From the IMG/VR virus record IMGVR_UViG_3300045921_000463, positions 16,457 to 80,456 of that record: 64,000 bases of DNA; one strand, 5' to 3'. This stretch comes from a virus. Under the pieces are notes generated by a model. It saw nothing but the letters and a program-made list of their open reading frames with translations. It was not told the DNA's origin and did not search any database. The translations under genes and the position numbers were made by a program. Shown here in pieces: positions 18,988 to 28,237 of the stretch; positions within the stretch are counted from its first letter, which is position 1; each line of letters starts with the position of its first letter.

Positions 18988-19259
18988 GTCCAGTCCTTTC
19001 CTGATGCATCGAATTCAGGCAGTTCAAGAACACCGATGCTGATACCGTGCACAAGATCGTCGGCTCTGGCGCAGCCCAGAAAATTGCTCGCACATCTTGC
19101 CATGTCGTTTTTGGAAAGCCCGCAGTAAACACACTTGTAAGTGCTATCGGCAAGAAATGCGCAAAACTTGTCGTTCTCGGCGACAAGGCGCTCGTTTTTT
19201 TCTTTTCGGAACCTGTTGCACAAACCGAACGCCTTGCTTATGCTGTCAAGAAGACGCAT
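18984..19259 (-). CDS. Hypothetical Cys-containing protein
   Basis: Coupled ORF, CVYC motif. Confidence 0.5.
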   Translation of the reverse strand: MRLLDSISKAFGLCNRFRKEKNERLVAENDKFCAFLADSTYKCVYCGLSKNDMARCASNFLGCARADDLVHGISIGVLELPEFDASGKDWT

Positions 19260-19618
19260 CAGAATACTATTCCCTTTTTACGAAGTGCCACAAGACACAT
19301 GCGTTCGTATTCGACGGCCCTTTCGTATGTATCGAACAGCAGGGTTTCATTTTCTATGAGAATTGCCGTCGAAGATGTGATACCAAACCCAAAAATGCTA
19401 CAATGCATGTAAATTTTATGCACGTCATTGGCGTAAGGGCCCTTGAGCCATTTGACCATGTAGCGTTTGGTTTCCTTGTGCATACAGATGTCGGTTACTC
19501 GAAGCATGTCTCCGATTTCAAACATGTCATCGAGAATGGCGTGGGCTGCGCTGTCGCCGCGAGTAAATTGCGCATTGCCTTCCGGCGTAAAAGTAATGAC
19601 TGTGGGGATGTCGATCAT
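19259..19618 (-). CDS. Hypothetical protein
   Basis: GGAG SD; VITFTPEG..R...FDTYERAVEYE pattern. Confidence 0.6.
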   Translation of the reverse strand: MIDIPTVITFTPEGNAQFTRGDSAAHAILDDMFEIGDMLRVTDICMHKETKRYMVKWLKGPYANDVHKIYMHCSIFGFGITSSTAILIENETLLFDTYERAVEYERMCLVALRKKGIVF

Positions 19619-19671
19619 GCTTAGGCTCCGTAGTCGGCTTTTATTATAACCCGTTTATAACAACCGAACAA

Positions 19672-19701
19672 GAAAAAGTCCTCGGCCTTTCGACCGAGGA
19701 C
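19672..19701 (-). terminator. Intrinsic terminator
   Basis: GTCCTCGG/CCGAGGAC stem plus T-tract on the minus strand. Confidence 0.65.
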
Positions 19702-19735
19702 AGTTGCTTCCGTAAGGGAGGACCGGAAGATGTTA

Positions 19736-20473
19736 TCAGGGGGCAACCACGACAATGCCGGGCGAAAGCCACGAATTGCTGCTGTTCGCGTTGGTCGCGG
19801 TGACACGAACCTGAATGGTCCTGCCAAGATCACCGGGCGTCGGCGGCACCGGCGGATCGTCGTTCGGGTCTCCGGGATCGGTTACAACGAGCGCAAACGT
19901 GTTGTTCGTTGCGCCAGCCACTGCAACAGAGTTGCGGTACCACTGGTAGGCAAAGGTCGGAGTCGGGCCAGTCCACGTGCCGTTCGTGACGGAAAGCGTC
20001 TGACCTTCGTTCGGCGTACCGCTGACAGTCGGAGCCGTCAACAGTTGCGGCGGCTGCAACGCATCCTCGATGAAGTCGGAGTTCGCATCGGTCCATGTCG
20101 GCGTGTAGTTGTTGTAGGAAATGCCGAACACGCTTCCGGGGGCTGTGTCTTCCCGCAAATCCTTGATGATCCGGTCAACAAGTTTCACGATGAGTTCGCG
20201 CTTTGCGTTCGCATTGGACCAGTTAAACGAGCGATCAACCAGTTTATTCTCAAACTCGTCCAGTGCAAGTTCAAGGCCGTAGCTGCCATAATACACGTAT
20301 CCGGGCTCGCCGCGAGCGGGAGGGACGGCCACGCCGGTTGCGCTTGCAAGCATGTCAAGGAGAAGCTGCCTCTTGTGAGTCGGGGCAACACCGTTTCTAT
20401 GGAAGGAACGCCACGCATCGAGCTTTGCCAGTGCGTTGGTTACTGTGGCGTGCGTCAGGTCTGCCTGCGGCAT
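19736..20473 (-). CDS. Putative virion protein with C-terminal Ig-like domain
   Basis: APTVSGTP..GQTLSVTNGTWTG...FAYQWYR...DLGRTIQVRVTATN; AAGGA SD. Confidence 0.7.
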   Translation of the reverse strand: MPQADLTHATVTNALAKLDAWRSFHRNGVAPTHKRQLLLDMLASATGVAVPPARGEPGYVYYGSYGLELALDEFENKLVDRSFNWSNANAKRELIVKLVDRIIKDLREDTAPGSVFGISYNNYTPTWTDANSDFIEDALQPPQLLTAPTVSGTPNEGQTLSVTNGTWTGPTPTFAYQWYRNSVAVAGATNNTFALVVTDPGDPNDDPPVPPTPGDLGRTIQVRVTATNANSSNSWLSPGIVVVAP

Positions 20474-20866
20474 TTCATATCCTTTCGGTTCCTGTCGGTT
20501 TTCTTTATCGTAGAATGACCGGATTTGTCTTAAACGGTTCGATACGACATAGTGAAAGCGCGTTTGTACTTTTGCGCGTCTTGCTGACTATATAGAAACA
20601 AAGACACGGGCGCTGCCCGCATAGAAGATGCTTGTAGTCGATTACTCGTTTACTTTATATAGCGATTTACTGTAACTGGCAACTTTTTCGTTTTTGGTTG
20701 AGTCGCTGTAACAGCGTTACAATCTTCTGCGGCTACTTTTGCCACAAATCTTGCATGGCTTGTGTTTTTTTCTTGAATTGCGATTTCTTCGACAAACGCA
20801 TGGGGCAAAAGGATACCCAGATGCAACTCTGGGCACCTTTACAATCTTTGCTTTGGTATGCTGTAG

Positions 20867-20942
20867 TGGTCCGCCCCGCAGGATTCGAACCTGCAACCGA
20901 TGGATTAGAAGTCCATTGCTCTATCCGTTGAGCTAGGGGCGG
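20867..20942 (-). tRNA. tRNA-Arg(UCU)
   Basis: 76-nt cloverleaf: CCGCCCC/GGGGCGG acceptor, ATGGA-CTTCTAA-TCCAT anticodon arm, GGTTCGAATCC T-loop, encoded CCA. Confidence 0.97.
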
Positions 20943-20962
20943 GGATATGTTCGGCAATCGCG

Positions 20963-21157
20963 TCAGTAGATGACACGCTCGCCGTTATCCTTTCTTGGTC
21001 CGCATTCGCCTGCGGATTGTCGTTCTCGCTCTACCTTGCCGAGCAAGGATTCGAAGGGCGCGGTGGCATCAACACAGGTACCGCCCTGAAACCCCTCGGC
21101 CTCGATTTTTGTCACGCCGATACTGTCGATTGTCATCACGATCCGCTGAACTGCCAT
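20963..21157 (-). CDS. DUF2997-family protein
   Basis: TID..G...IEAEGFQGGTCVDATAPFE..LG. Confidence 0.8.
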   Translation of the reverse strand: MAVQRIVMTIDSIGVTKIEAEGFQGGTCVDATAPFESLLGKVERERQSAGECGPRKDNGERVIY

Positions 21158-21579
21158 TATGCTGCCCTTTCCATGACGAGAGAGACTGATCCGTTATCGT
21201 GTTTGATTCGCTGTGTGCCGAATCCGCTTTGCGCTGCCTTTATTTCTGCGGCCCGCAGTAGGTATTCCTGCGCGAGTGCGCCAACGTAGATGTTCTCGTT
21301 GTATCCGTTGTGTACGCTTCTGGCAGCGAAAACCATGTCCATTGCATACGGATCGAAAACAAGGTCATACCCGCCATCGTTGCGGCGACGAAGACCAATA
21401 TCGTGAGGGCCGGGCATCACGATGCAATGGTCGCAATCGTCGGGTTGGCCCTTGAAAGTCCTGAATCTGGTTTGGTTACGTACGAGACGCGCTTTTCCAT
21501 TAGACAAGTCATGTACGACTTGTTCAAGCAGTTTCAAGTCGTCGTAACGCACTTTGGACAGTACTATGTTGTGCGACAT
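21157..21579 (-). CDS. DUF1257 (Ycf35-like) protein
   Basis: MSH start, DIGLRR..DGGYDLVFD, LAQEY; adjacent to DUF2997. Confidence 0.75.
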   Translation of the reverse strand: MSHNIVLSKVRYDDLKLLEQVVHDLSNGKARLVRNQTRFRTFKGQPDDCDHCIVMPGPHDIGLRRRNDGGYDLVFDPYAMDMVFAARSVHNGYNENIYVGALAQEYLLRAAEIKAAQSGFGTQRIKHDNGSVSLVMERAA

Positions 21580-21655
21580 GGTGTGTTGGTCCGTTTCGTG
21601 GTTGTCGTGTTGTTAGTGTAGCTTGCGAGTTCTTTTGTCGCAAGCGATTATGGGG

Positions 21656-22300
21656 TTAAAGTTTCAACCTCTTTACTCTTTGGATTGCAATCGGCTTGTC
21701 CCTGACCTTGATGGTTTTTCTGATTTGCGGTTTTGCTTTTTCAAGCTCTGTGAAGCTCCATGAAGAAAGTTCGGAGTCTTTCTGCGTTGCTTCGACAACG
21801 AAGTTGCTGGTTGCTCCGAGCAACTTCTTGAACGCGGCGAGTTCGTTTGCCGTCAGCTTGTCGTGCGAAACCACTCTTTGCGCATTCCATATGAAATCGA
21901 GGTATGTCAGGTTTGCGTGCGGATGCTCTGGAAAGGAAAGCTGGGCGCGAAGCAGCGAGGCATCACGAAAGGATCGAACAAGAAGGGTTTGTGTGTCGAA
22001 TTCGAATATGCCACCTGAACGTTTCTTGTAGATCAGGCACCAGAGGGCACCGGAACGAACCTCGGCCCTGTAGTAATACCAATTACCCGGAGATACTGCC
22101 AAGACGTTGCTTGCAGGCACAACCTTGTGCACCTTGTCAACTTTACAGACATCGCCCTTGTTTGTGAGATATTTCGGATTTTCGAACAGGCCCGACTTCG
22201 GGTTATACACAAGAGCGGTAAGTGTTACCGCTCTCGGGTCGTGTCCTTGCGCTGCCCGAAAGCTGTCCGATCCTGTAACGTATTCGAATATTCCAGACAT
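21656..22300 (-). CDS. Hypothetical protein
   Basis: 214-aa ORF, AGGAG SD. Confidence 0.65.
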   Translation of the reverse strand: MSGIFEYVTGSDSFRAAQGHDPRAVTLTALVYNPKSGLFENPKYLTNKGDVCKVDKVHKVVPASNVLAVSPGNWYYYRAEVRSGALWCLIYKKRSGGIFEFDTQTLLVRSFRDASLLRAQLSFPEHPHANLTYLDFIWNAQRVVSHDKLTANELAAFKKLLGATSNFVVEATQKDSELSSWSFTELEKAKPQIRKTIKVRDKPIAIQRVKRLKL

Positions 22301-22332
22301 GTATTCTCCTTGCTTGTAACACGGTTATAGAC

Positions 22333-24144
22333 TCAGTGCAACCTGTCAGGCGCTTTTTTGAGTGATGGGCGTTTTGCCGGATTGACCTTGCGTACATTAT
22401 TGTACGTTTTCGGCTCCGCCGAGGCAATTCTGGCATGTGTCCGGCCCCATTCCTCGATTGCTCTGAAATCCTCTGCAAAGCTTTCTTTCAAGGGTTTCAG
22501 GTACTGTCTTTCTTTCAGAAAGTTTTTTAGCGTAAGAGTCGTGTGTCCTTCCTGATATGCGCGAATCAGGCATTGCTCGACGATGGACTCGATTTCAGCA
22601 CCGACAAGGCCATCCGAGTGCGTAACCATCTGGTTTATTTCGTCTTCGATTATACGCAACTTGCGCTTTTTTGCATGAATACGAACGATTTCCTCGCGCT
22701 CGTCACGGTTAGGACTGTTTACTGCCCAAAGCTCGTCCAGACGCCCTTTTCGCATCAGTTCGGGCGGAAGTCCATGTACGCGATTTGCCGTAAAGACGAT
22801 GAACACCGGACGTTCGCTCTGTTTGCGTTCCTGCATCCACGTCAAAAATGTGCCAAACACGCGCATGGACGTTCCGCTGTCGTTGTTGCCGCCGCGTGCA
22901 GTTCCTGCAAACCCCTTGTCTACCTCATCTACCATAAGCACGAGCGGTGCCATCGCGTCGATGAGTTTCAATGCGCTTCGCATCTTGCTTTCGGATTGTC
23001 CCACATACGAACCGAATACCCTGCCGATGTCGAATCGGATAACAGGAAGATCGAGTTGTGCACCCGCTGCCTTGGCGATCAAGGATTTGCCGGTTCCGGG
23101 CACACCAAGAACAAGAACGCCGCGCGACGGTGTGATGCCTTGAGCGATGGCATTTGCCTCATAGGTCAGGCGGCGTATTTCCATCCATTCCTTGTAGTTC
23201 TGCAAGCCGCCGATCTGATTTATACCGACGGGTTCCTGTAATTCCAGAACCTCGGTTTTTCGCAGAGCTTCTGTCTTGTATTGCCGTATCCAGCAACAAA
23301 CATGGTCGAAACTCACGGGCGTGGGTGTTTCTCCGTTGTGCGATGCATCCTGATGCCAATCGGTAATGGATAGAGCCAAGGCATTTTCGAACGCGGTCTT
23401 GCTCATGCCAAGACCGTTTCGGCATATGGTTCGCTTTTCGTTTTCGCTGAAATCGGGCTGGTGCTCTGGTTCAAGGTTCTCGATCATAAGATCGAACAGC
23501 ATCCTGAGTTCGGTTAGCTTGGGGTATTCATATTCGATAAGGTGCAGAAACGGGGCAATGTTGTCAGGCAGGCTCGCCGTTTCCGGCATGACCATGAACA
23601 GCCGCTGATCGCTGTCATAGGCACGCTGCGCCTGCCGCCTGATCGCGGCTTCCATTTGCGGTTCTTCAAGATAATGATGCGCGTCGATCATGACATAATA
23701 GCAGTCGTCGGGGTATTGTCGAATGTCCCGATCATCGTCCGCGATTTTTTGCAATGCCGTCGCATACGAAATGGCCGACTTGTCTTCCGAATACGGCTTT
23801 ATCGGGTTAAAGGTCTTTTCCTCGCCGTCCATAAGGCTGGCAAGGTCTGAAACGATGTCTTCCTCGTATTGCGCCCAGCCCGTAAGCATGGACCACATAC
23901 GAAATGCGGAACCATTGGACCGTGCAGCAAGATAGATTGTTTCGACCACCCGAAAAACTTCGGTTACGGGGCATCGTATTGCAATTATTCCCATGCTGGC
24001 GCGCGTAGTAATGTCTATCTGCCGCCGCAGCGAATCCATCGAAGTAGATTCATTGTCCATGCAGGATACCGTGGTGTTTTCGTTTCGGTTTCCCGAAATA
24101 TATACGTGGCACACCTGAAAGAAAAGAGTAAAACGCGGGGCCAA
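22333..24144 (-). CDS. Ycf46-like AAA+ ATPase (true start probably near 24060)
   Basis: IGGL..YKEW, GVPGTGKSLIAKA, YVGQSE, VDEVDKGF, TAN..LPPELMRKGRLDE. Confidence 0.9.
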   Translation of the reverse strand: MAPRFTLFFQVCHVYISGNRNENTTVSCMDNESTSMDSLRRQIDITTRASMGIIAIRCPVTEVFRVVETIYLAARSNGSAFRMWSMLTGWAQYEEDIVSDLASLMDGEEKTFNPIKPYSEDKSAISYATALQKIADDDRDIRQYPDDCYYVMIDAHHYLEEPQMEAAIRRQAQRAYDSDQRLFMVMPETASLPDNIAPFLHLIEYEYPKLTELRMLFDLMIENLEPEHQPDFSENEKRTICRNGLGMSKTAFENALALSITDWHQDASHNGETPTPVSFDHVCCWIRQYKTEALRKTEVLELQEPVGINQIGGLQNYKEWMEIRRLTYEANAIAQGITPSRGVLVLGVPGTGKSLIAKAAGAQLDLPVIRFDIGRVFGSYVGQSESKMRSALKLIDAMAPLVLMVDEVDKGFAGTARGGNNDSGTSMRVFGTFLTWMQERKQSERPVFIVFTANRVHGLPPELMRKGRLDELWAVNSPNRDEREEIVRIHAKKRKLRIIEDEINQMVTHSDGLVGAEIESIVEQCLIRAYQEGHTTLTLKNFLKERQYLKPLKESFAEDFRAIEEWGRTHARIASAEPKTYNNVRKVNPAKRPSLKKAPDRLH

Positions 24145-24222
24145 TGACTAGGTAAGGTCGTCAGCCCCGCGTCATTTTTTCCAGAAGGAAACCAACAGGT
24201 ATCCTTTTCAACCACAACTCAA

Positions 24223-24250
24223 ATAATACACATTCAATAATTTTTGTCAA
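24223..24250 (-). promoter_or_regulatory. Strong sigma70-type promoter
   Basis: TTGACA-N16-TATTAT in an AT-rich gap upstream of the AAA ATPase. Confidence 0.7.
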
Positions 24251-24321
24251 GAACTCTTTTCAACTATTTTTACACGCAATAACTGGTTATTGGCATCGGC
24301 ACAGGCGACACGCACTGGCAA

Positions 24322-25410
24322 CTAGCGCAATATGTGAGGCAGCATGTGACGTGCGACTGCCTCGATCATCGGAACAACAACCGAGTTGCCAAACTGCTTG
24401 TATGCCTGACTGTCGGAAACGACGATCCTGAACCGCGACTCTCCGGGTTTGTCGAAACCCATCAATCTGGCACATTCGCGCGGTGTGAGTCTGCGCGGGT
24501 TTGCTCCTTTGCCTCTGTTTACCAGAATGTCAGAGCCGTCCTTGTGGTACCTTGCCAACAAGGCACGTGCTACGCCGGAATTATCAACAAGGCTAAATCC
24601 GAAATTGCATCCACGAACACGCAGCTCAGCCGCACGATTTTTCAGGTATTGCCACAAACGATCACTCAGAATGTATTTCGGATTTACGCTGCCATCAGGC
24701 AGAGTGTATGGCAGTTCCGGTTCTTCCGTTCCGTCTTCTGGATGCAGGATTGTGTGTAGCTTTGGTCCATCCTGCGGCGATGGTATGTACAAATCGTCAA
24801 AACTAAACTCGCATCTTTCCCTGAAACCGACGATGATTATGCGCTCTCTGTTTTGAGGAACGTAACCGCGAGCATTGATTATGCAAGGCGACGGAACGTA
24901 ATACCCAAGGTTTCTCAAGGTGTGCATAATGACGGCAAACGTAAATCCGCCATCATGCTTTACAAGATTCTTGACGTTTTCCAGAAGGAATGCTTTTGGG
25001 CGACAATCTCTCAGTATACGCTCAATCTCAAAGAACAGGTTTCCCTGTTTTTCGCACGCAAAGCCGTGCGGCTGACCTAATGCCTTTCTGCTGCTTACAC
25101 CTGCGATGCTGAACGGTTGACACGGAAAACCCGCAACAAGCACATCGTGTTCTGGTATGTCCTTTGTTGAGACATCCCTGATGTCGCCTGCAATTTCATG
25201 CTTGTCCTGCGTAAAATTTGCTCTGTATGTCTGCTGCGCAAACTTGTTGTATTCAGACGTAAAGACACATTTTCCACCAACGGCTTCAAAACCAAGTCTG
25301 ATACCGCCTATGCCCGCAAACAGATCAATGAATGTAAACGTTGAACACTTCTTTGTCTCGAATCTGTTTCGATATGCAGCCTTGAGTCTTTTTGCCATAG
25401 CTGTCATCAA
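24322..25410 (-). CDS. dcm: DNA cytosine-C5 methyltransferase (Dcm-like)
   Basis: DLFAGIGG, GFPCQPFS, ENVKNL, QNRER, RRLTPRECARL, KQFGNSV. Confidence 0.95.
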   Translation of the reverse strand: MMTAMAKRLKAAYRNRFETKKCSTFTFIDLFAGIGGIRLGFEAVGGKCVFTSEYNKFAQQTYRANFTQDKHEIAGDIRDVSTKDIPEHDVLVAGFPCQPFSIAGVSSRKALGQPHGFACEKQGNLFFEIERILRDCRPKAFLLENVKNLVKHDGGFTFAVIMHTLRNLGYYVPSPCIINARGYVPQNRERIIIVGFRERCEFSFDDLYIPSPQDGPKLHTILHPEDGTEEPELPYTLPDGSVNPKYILSDRLWQYLKNRAAELRVRGCNFGFSLVDNSGVARALLARYHKDGSDILVNRGKGANPRRLTPRECARLMGFDKPGESRFRIVVSDSQAYKQFGNSVVVPMIEAVARHMLPHILR

Positions 25411-25546
25411 CCTCGCTTGACTTCTACAACAGGAGTGAAGGCACGCTGCGGAGCAACTCCTTGCCTATATGGCATAAAATGCACTACCTTAAAACGAGTT
25501 GCCTTGCAAGACATATGCTATAACCGGTTATTACTTCCCTCGCGGT

Positions 25547-25771
25547 TTACCGATTCTTTACACACGCTGCCTCGAAGCCGATCACTACGTCTGCGCCCGC
25601 ATTGCCAACCGCATCCGGCGTCTCTGGATGAGCCAGAAGCTGCCGCCTAAGGTTAGCGACATACGGGGCCAGCGGCGCGCATACTGCATCACTTGCGACG
25701 ATGCGGGTCTGTGGCGCGCAAGCGGCGAATCCAGTCAGGCTCGCCAGTGTAAGTAGCAGAATTCGGCTCAT
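25547..25771 (-). CDS. Outer-membrane spanin (lipoprotein)
   Basis: Signal peptide with lipobox FAAC; overlaps the upstream membrane protein. Confidence 0.65.
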   Translation of the reverse strand: MSRILLLTLASLTGFAACAPQTRIVASDAVCAPLAPYVANLRRQLLAHPETPDAVGNAGADVVIGFEAACVKNR

Positions 25772-26030
25772 CTGTTTTACTCCTTTCCTCTCTTTCAACA
25801 ATAGCAGTTCGGCTTTCGGCGATTGCCTGCTCTACAGCGCCAGCAACCATGTCCCGTCGTTCTATTTCTCGCATGGCAGCCTTGCCTTGTGCTTCGATGG
25901 AACCGATTTTTCGTCCACGCCTAGTACCCAAGACAGCACCAAGCACACCACCTAAAACAGTGCCGATTACAGTAACAACCGTTGCAAGAAACCACGTCAC
26001 ATTCGAACTCCTTGTGTTTGCGTCTGGCAA
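25689..26030 (-). CDS. Inner-membrane spanin
   Basis: N-terminal TM segment followed by a helical domain, in the lysis cassette. Confidence 0.55.
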   Translation of the reverse strand: MPDANTRSSNVTWFLATVVTVIGTVLGGVLGAVLGTRRGRKIGSIEAQGKAAMREIERRDMVAGAVEQAIAESRTAIVEREERSKTDEPNSATYTGEPDWIRRLRATDPHRRK

Positions 26031-26054
26031 GTTAGAGGTTTGTCAGACCGTTGC

Positions 26055-26651
26055 TCATTCTCTTTCGAGAAGATGAAAAATAACCGCATCTGTTCTATCC
26101 GGCGTTCTCACACCGGCACAATCGTATTCCAAGTCTAGATACAATTCTACCCTACCCGGTTGTAGTTGTTGCGGCGGTATCACGTCTAGCCGCAACCTTG
26201 TCGATTCTACCCCAATCTGTCTAACGGGGGGAATTGGTCTCCCTGCGTATGTAATTCCAGTCTCGTCTGTAAATAACGGGATTGCCTCAAGGAACCGGCA
26301 CAGGGCACCTAGTCGTGTTCTCTGAATTACGAGATAAAGCTTTACGTTATCACCTACGTAGACGGGTTCCCGGACGTAAGACAAACCGGGTGTTTGGCGA
26401 ATTACACGATCTTCGCCGGTAGCGCGAGCTACATCTACGCTTATGCTGCGTAGTGTCTGCTCCAACTCATGAATATCGTGACGAATCACGGAAATGTCGT
26501 TTGTACTATTCCAAACCGCAGTTATCTTATCCCATACAGGTGTCAGGACAAATACGAATGCGACGATCACGCTCCACAGCATACCGCGTACCAGCAGTTT
26601 CTTGGCTTCCTCGACAAAGAGTTTGCCAGTGTTCGTGATTTGCTGGTTCAT
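26055..26651 (-). CDS. Membrane-anchored hypothetical protein
   Basis: One TM helix, coiled coil, beta-rich C-terminus with two Cys. Confidence 0.6.
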   Translation of the reverse strand: MNQQITNTGKLFVEEAKKLLVRGMLWSVIVAFVFVLTPVWDKITAVWNSTNDISVIRHDIHELEQTLRSISVDVARATGEDRVIRQTPGLSYVREPVYVGDNVKLYLVIQRTRLGALCRFLEAIPLFTDETGITYAGRPIPPVRQIGVESTRLRLDVIPPQQLQPGRVELYLDLEYDCAGVRTPDRTDAVIFHLLERE

Positions 26652-26751
26652 CTGGTCTTTCCGTCAGGCAAAGGTTTCCTCTCGGTACAGGCTCGACTCG
26701 TACGCACTCTGTTTTTTTGCGATTTTGTTCAGTGACGAATCTACGAGAAAC

Positions 26752-26982
26752 TCAGTCACCATCGCGAAAACCTCGTTCGAGCCGGTCACGCAGACCAATA
26801 AGGCCCAGACCGAGGGCGATCAACGCGGCTGGCGATGCATCGCTAGACCCGGCAAGAATTATGATAATGCGAGCCAATTCTCCAAGAGGTCTTGTAGTTG
26901 GCATTACCATTAATGCAACACCGACAGATAAGGCAAAAACTCCCGACCACCAAGTAAGCGAAGTTGGACGAATGTAACGCAT
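26752..26982 (-). CDS. Putative holin
   Basis: 76 aa, 2-3 hydrophobic segments, charged C-tail, follows the lysozyme. Confidence 0.6.
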   Translation of the reverse strand: MRYIRPTSLTWWSGVFALSVGVALMVMPTTRPLGELARIIIILAGSSDASPAALIALGLGLIGLRDRLERGFRDGD

Positions 26983-26986
26983 GGGA

Positions 26987-27658
26987 TCAGCTCCTCTTTG
27001 TCAAGTTGATGAAAAACTGGATCAACCTAGATAGCCAACTGGACGTTATAACCGGTTGTTGCGAAGATACAGGCACTGTGGTTGCAGGCTGCGCGCGCAA
27101 CAGTTCCAGCGCTTCAACCTCGGTCAATCGTCGGATCGCTCGCGAAAAATCCACACGACCGCTTTCGTTCACTGTCCAGACCGGAATCTGGCCACTAGGG
27201 TAACGGCCATGACGGAACAGATCGCGCTCAGCTTCACGGCGCGGGATAATCGAGGCCGGTCGCCGCCAATTCATAAACGCCTCAGCCGCTGTCTCCCGCT
27301 TGCCTTCGTTCAGTTTTTGCGTCAAGGCGGCCCTCGCAATGCCACCTGTATTGTAGTGAAACGAAACCAGCGCGTCAAACTCATGCTGAGCAAGCGGAAC
27401 CTTTACAGCACGGCGCACATCTGCTTCGTAGGCAGCTATGTCAGACGCAAATAGCCGAAATGCCTGACGGATTGCAGCATCAAGATCGGCTGGCATACCG
27501 CGCGACATTTTTTCGGGGTCCGGCGGCCCGGCTGAGGCGGTATGTCCTATTCCAAACGTCCAGACGTTTTTGCTGTCGAGATATGGTCCGGGCACTACGC
27601 CTTCGTGCCGGACGATGGCCAGCTTGCCACGGTCGGTGGTTCGAATTGCTCCTGTCAT
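26987..27658 (-). CDS. Endolysin, GH24 lysozyme
   Basis: HEG..PYLDS..VWTFGIGHT catalytic E-D-T, FDALVSFHYNTG, RREAERDLF. Confidence 0.92.
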   Translation of the reverse strand: MTGAIRTTDRGKLAIVRHEGVVPGPYLDSKNVWTFGIGHTASAGPPDPEKMSRGMPADLDAAIRQAFRLFASDIAAYEADVRRAVKVPLAQHEFDALVSFHYNTGGIARAALTQKLNEGKRETAAEAFMNWRRPASIIPRREAERDLFRHGRYPSGQIPVWTVNESGRVDFSRAIRRLTEVEALELLRAQPATTVPVSSQQPVITSSWLSRLIQFFINLTKRS

Positions 27659-27675
27659 TGTCCCTGCTCCCGCGT

Positions 27676-27858
27676 TTATGGTGAACCAGATAATGCCAAA
27701 TCAAGCGTGAATTTCGGCAACTCCGCAAGCAATATCTCCGGGTTTAGCGACAACAAACCGCTCCGTTTATGCACCGCAACCGCCGTTTGCCAAACAATAT
27801 CTTGCCATTTGGCGATTCGGGTAGTTAGGGTGAAAGCCGTAACAGCATCATCACTCAT
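27676..27858 (-). CDS. Hypothetical protein
   Basis: GGAGG SD, coupled ORF. Confidence 0.45.
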   Translation of the reverse strand: MSDDAVTAFTLTTRIAKWQDIVWQTAVAVHKRSGLLSLNPEILLAELPKFTLDLALSGSP

Positions 27859-28237
27859 TGTCCTCCTTTACTGCTGTCGAATCCATTGCTTTCACAGCGG
27901 TGTCAACTTCGCGCCAGCCGTCGGCGCCCGGCTCCGAGACGTTGCCCGCCGTGGTGCTGGCCCATGCTTTTCCTTTGTGCCAGACCTCGAATCCCTCGGG
28001 AAAGCCGCGCGCGCCCCCGTCGGCCTCGGTGTCGGCCCCGAATATCTGCTGCCAGTGGGGCAGATACCGACCCTCGTGATGGCGAGTCCCCAGCCTCGGC
28101 AAGTCGGCGCAATCGCGCCAGATGCCGGGCAGGCCGATGCTGGCGCAGTAGGCAGCCGCGTCGGCTTCCTCGGGCGGGATTACGATGACTTGCACCACAT
28201 TTTCGTTGTCGTCCAAGCGCGCTGCATAACGTTCCAT
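27851..28237 (-). CDS. Fibre-associated protein with C-terminal carbohydrate-binding-like motif
   Basis: YAARLD..NVVQVIV start; VWHKGKAW.S...N..EPG..GW. Confidence 0.55.
   Translation of the reverse strand: MERYAARLDDNENVVQVIVIPPEEADAAAYCASIGLPGIWRDCADLPRLGTRHHEGRYLPHWQQIFGADTEADGGARGFPEGFEVWHKGKAWASTTAGNVSEPGADGWREVDTAVKAMDSTAVKEDNE

Noticed and set aside
20867-20942. tRNA as prophage attachment site
   Set aside because: No integrase, duplicated tRNA 3' end or host genes visible in the window
24322-25410. Restriction-modification system
   Set aside because: Orphan MTase with no adjacent endonuclease; typical phage anti-restriction gene
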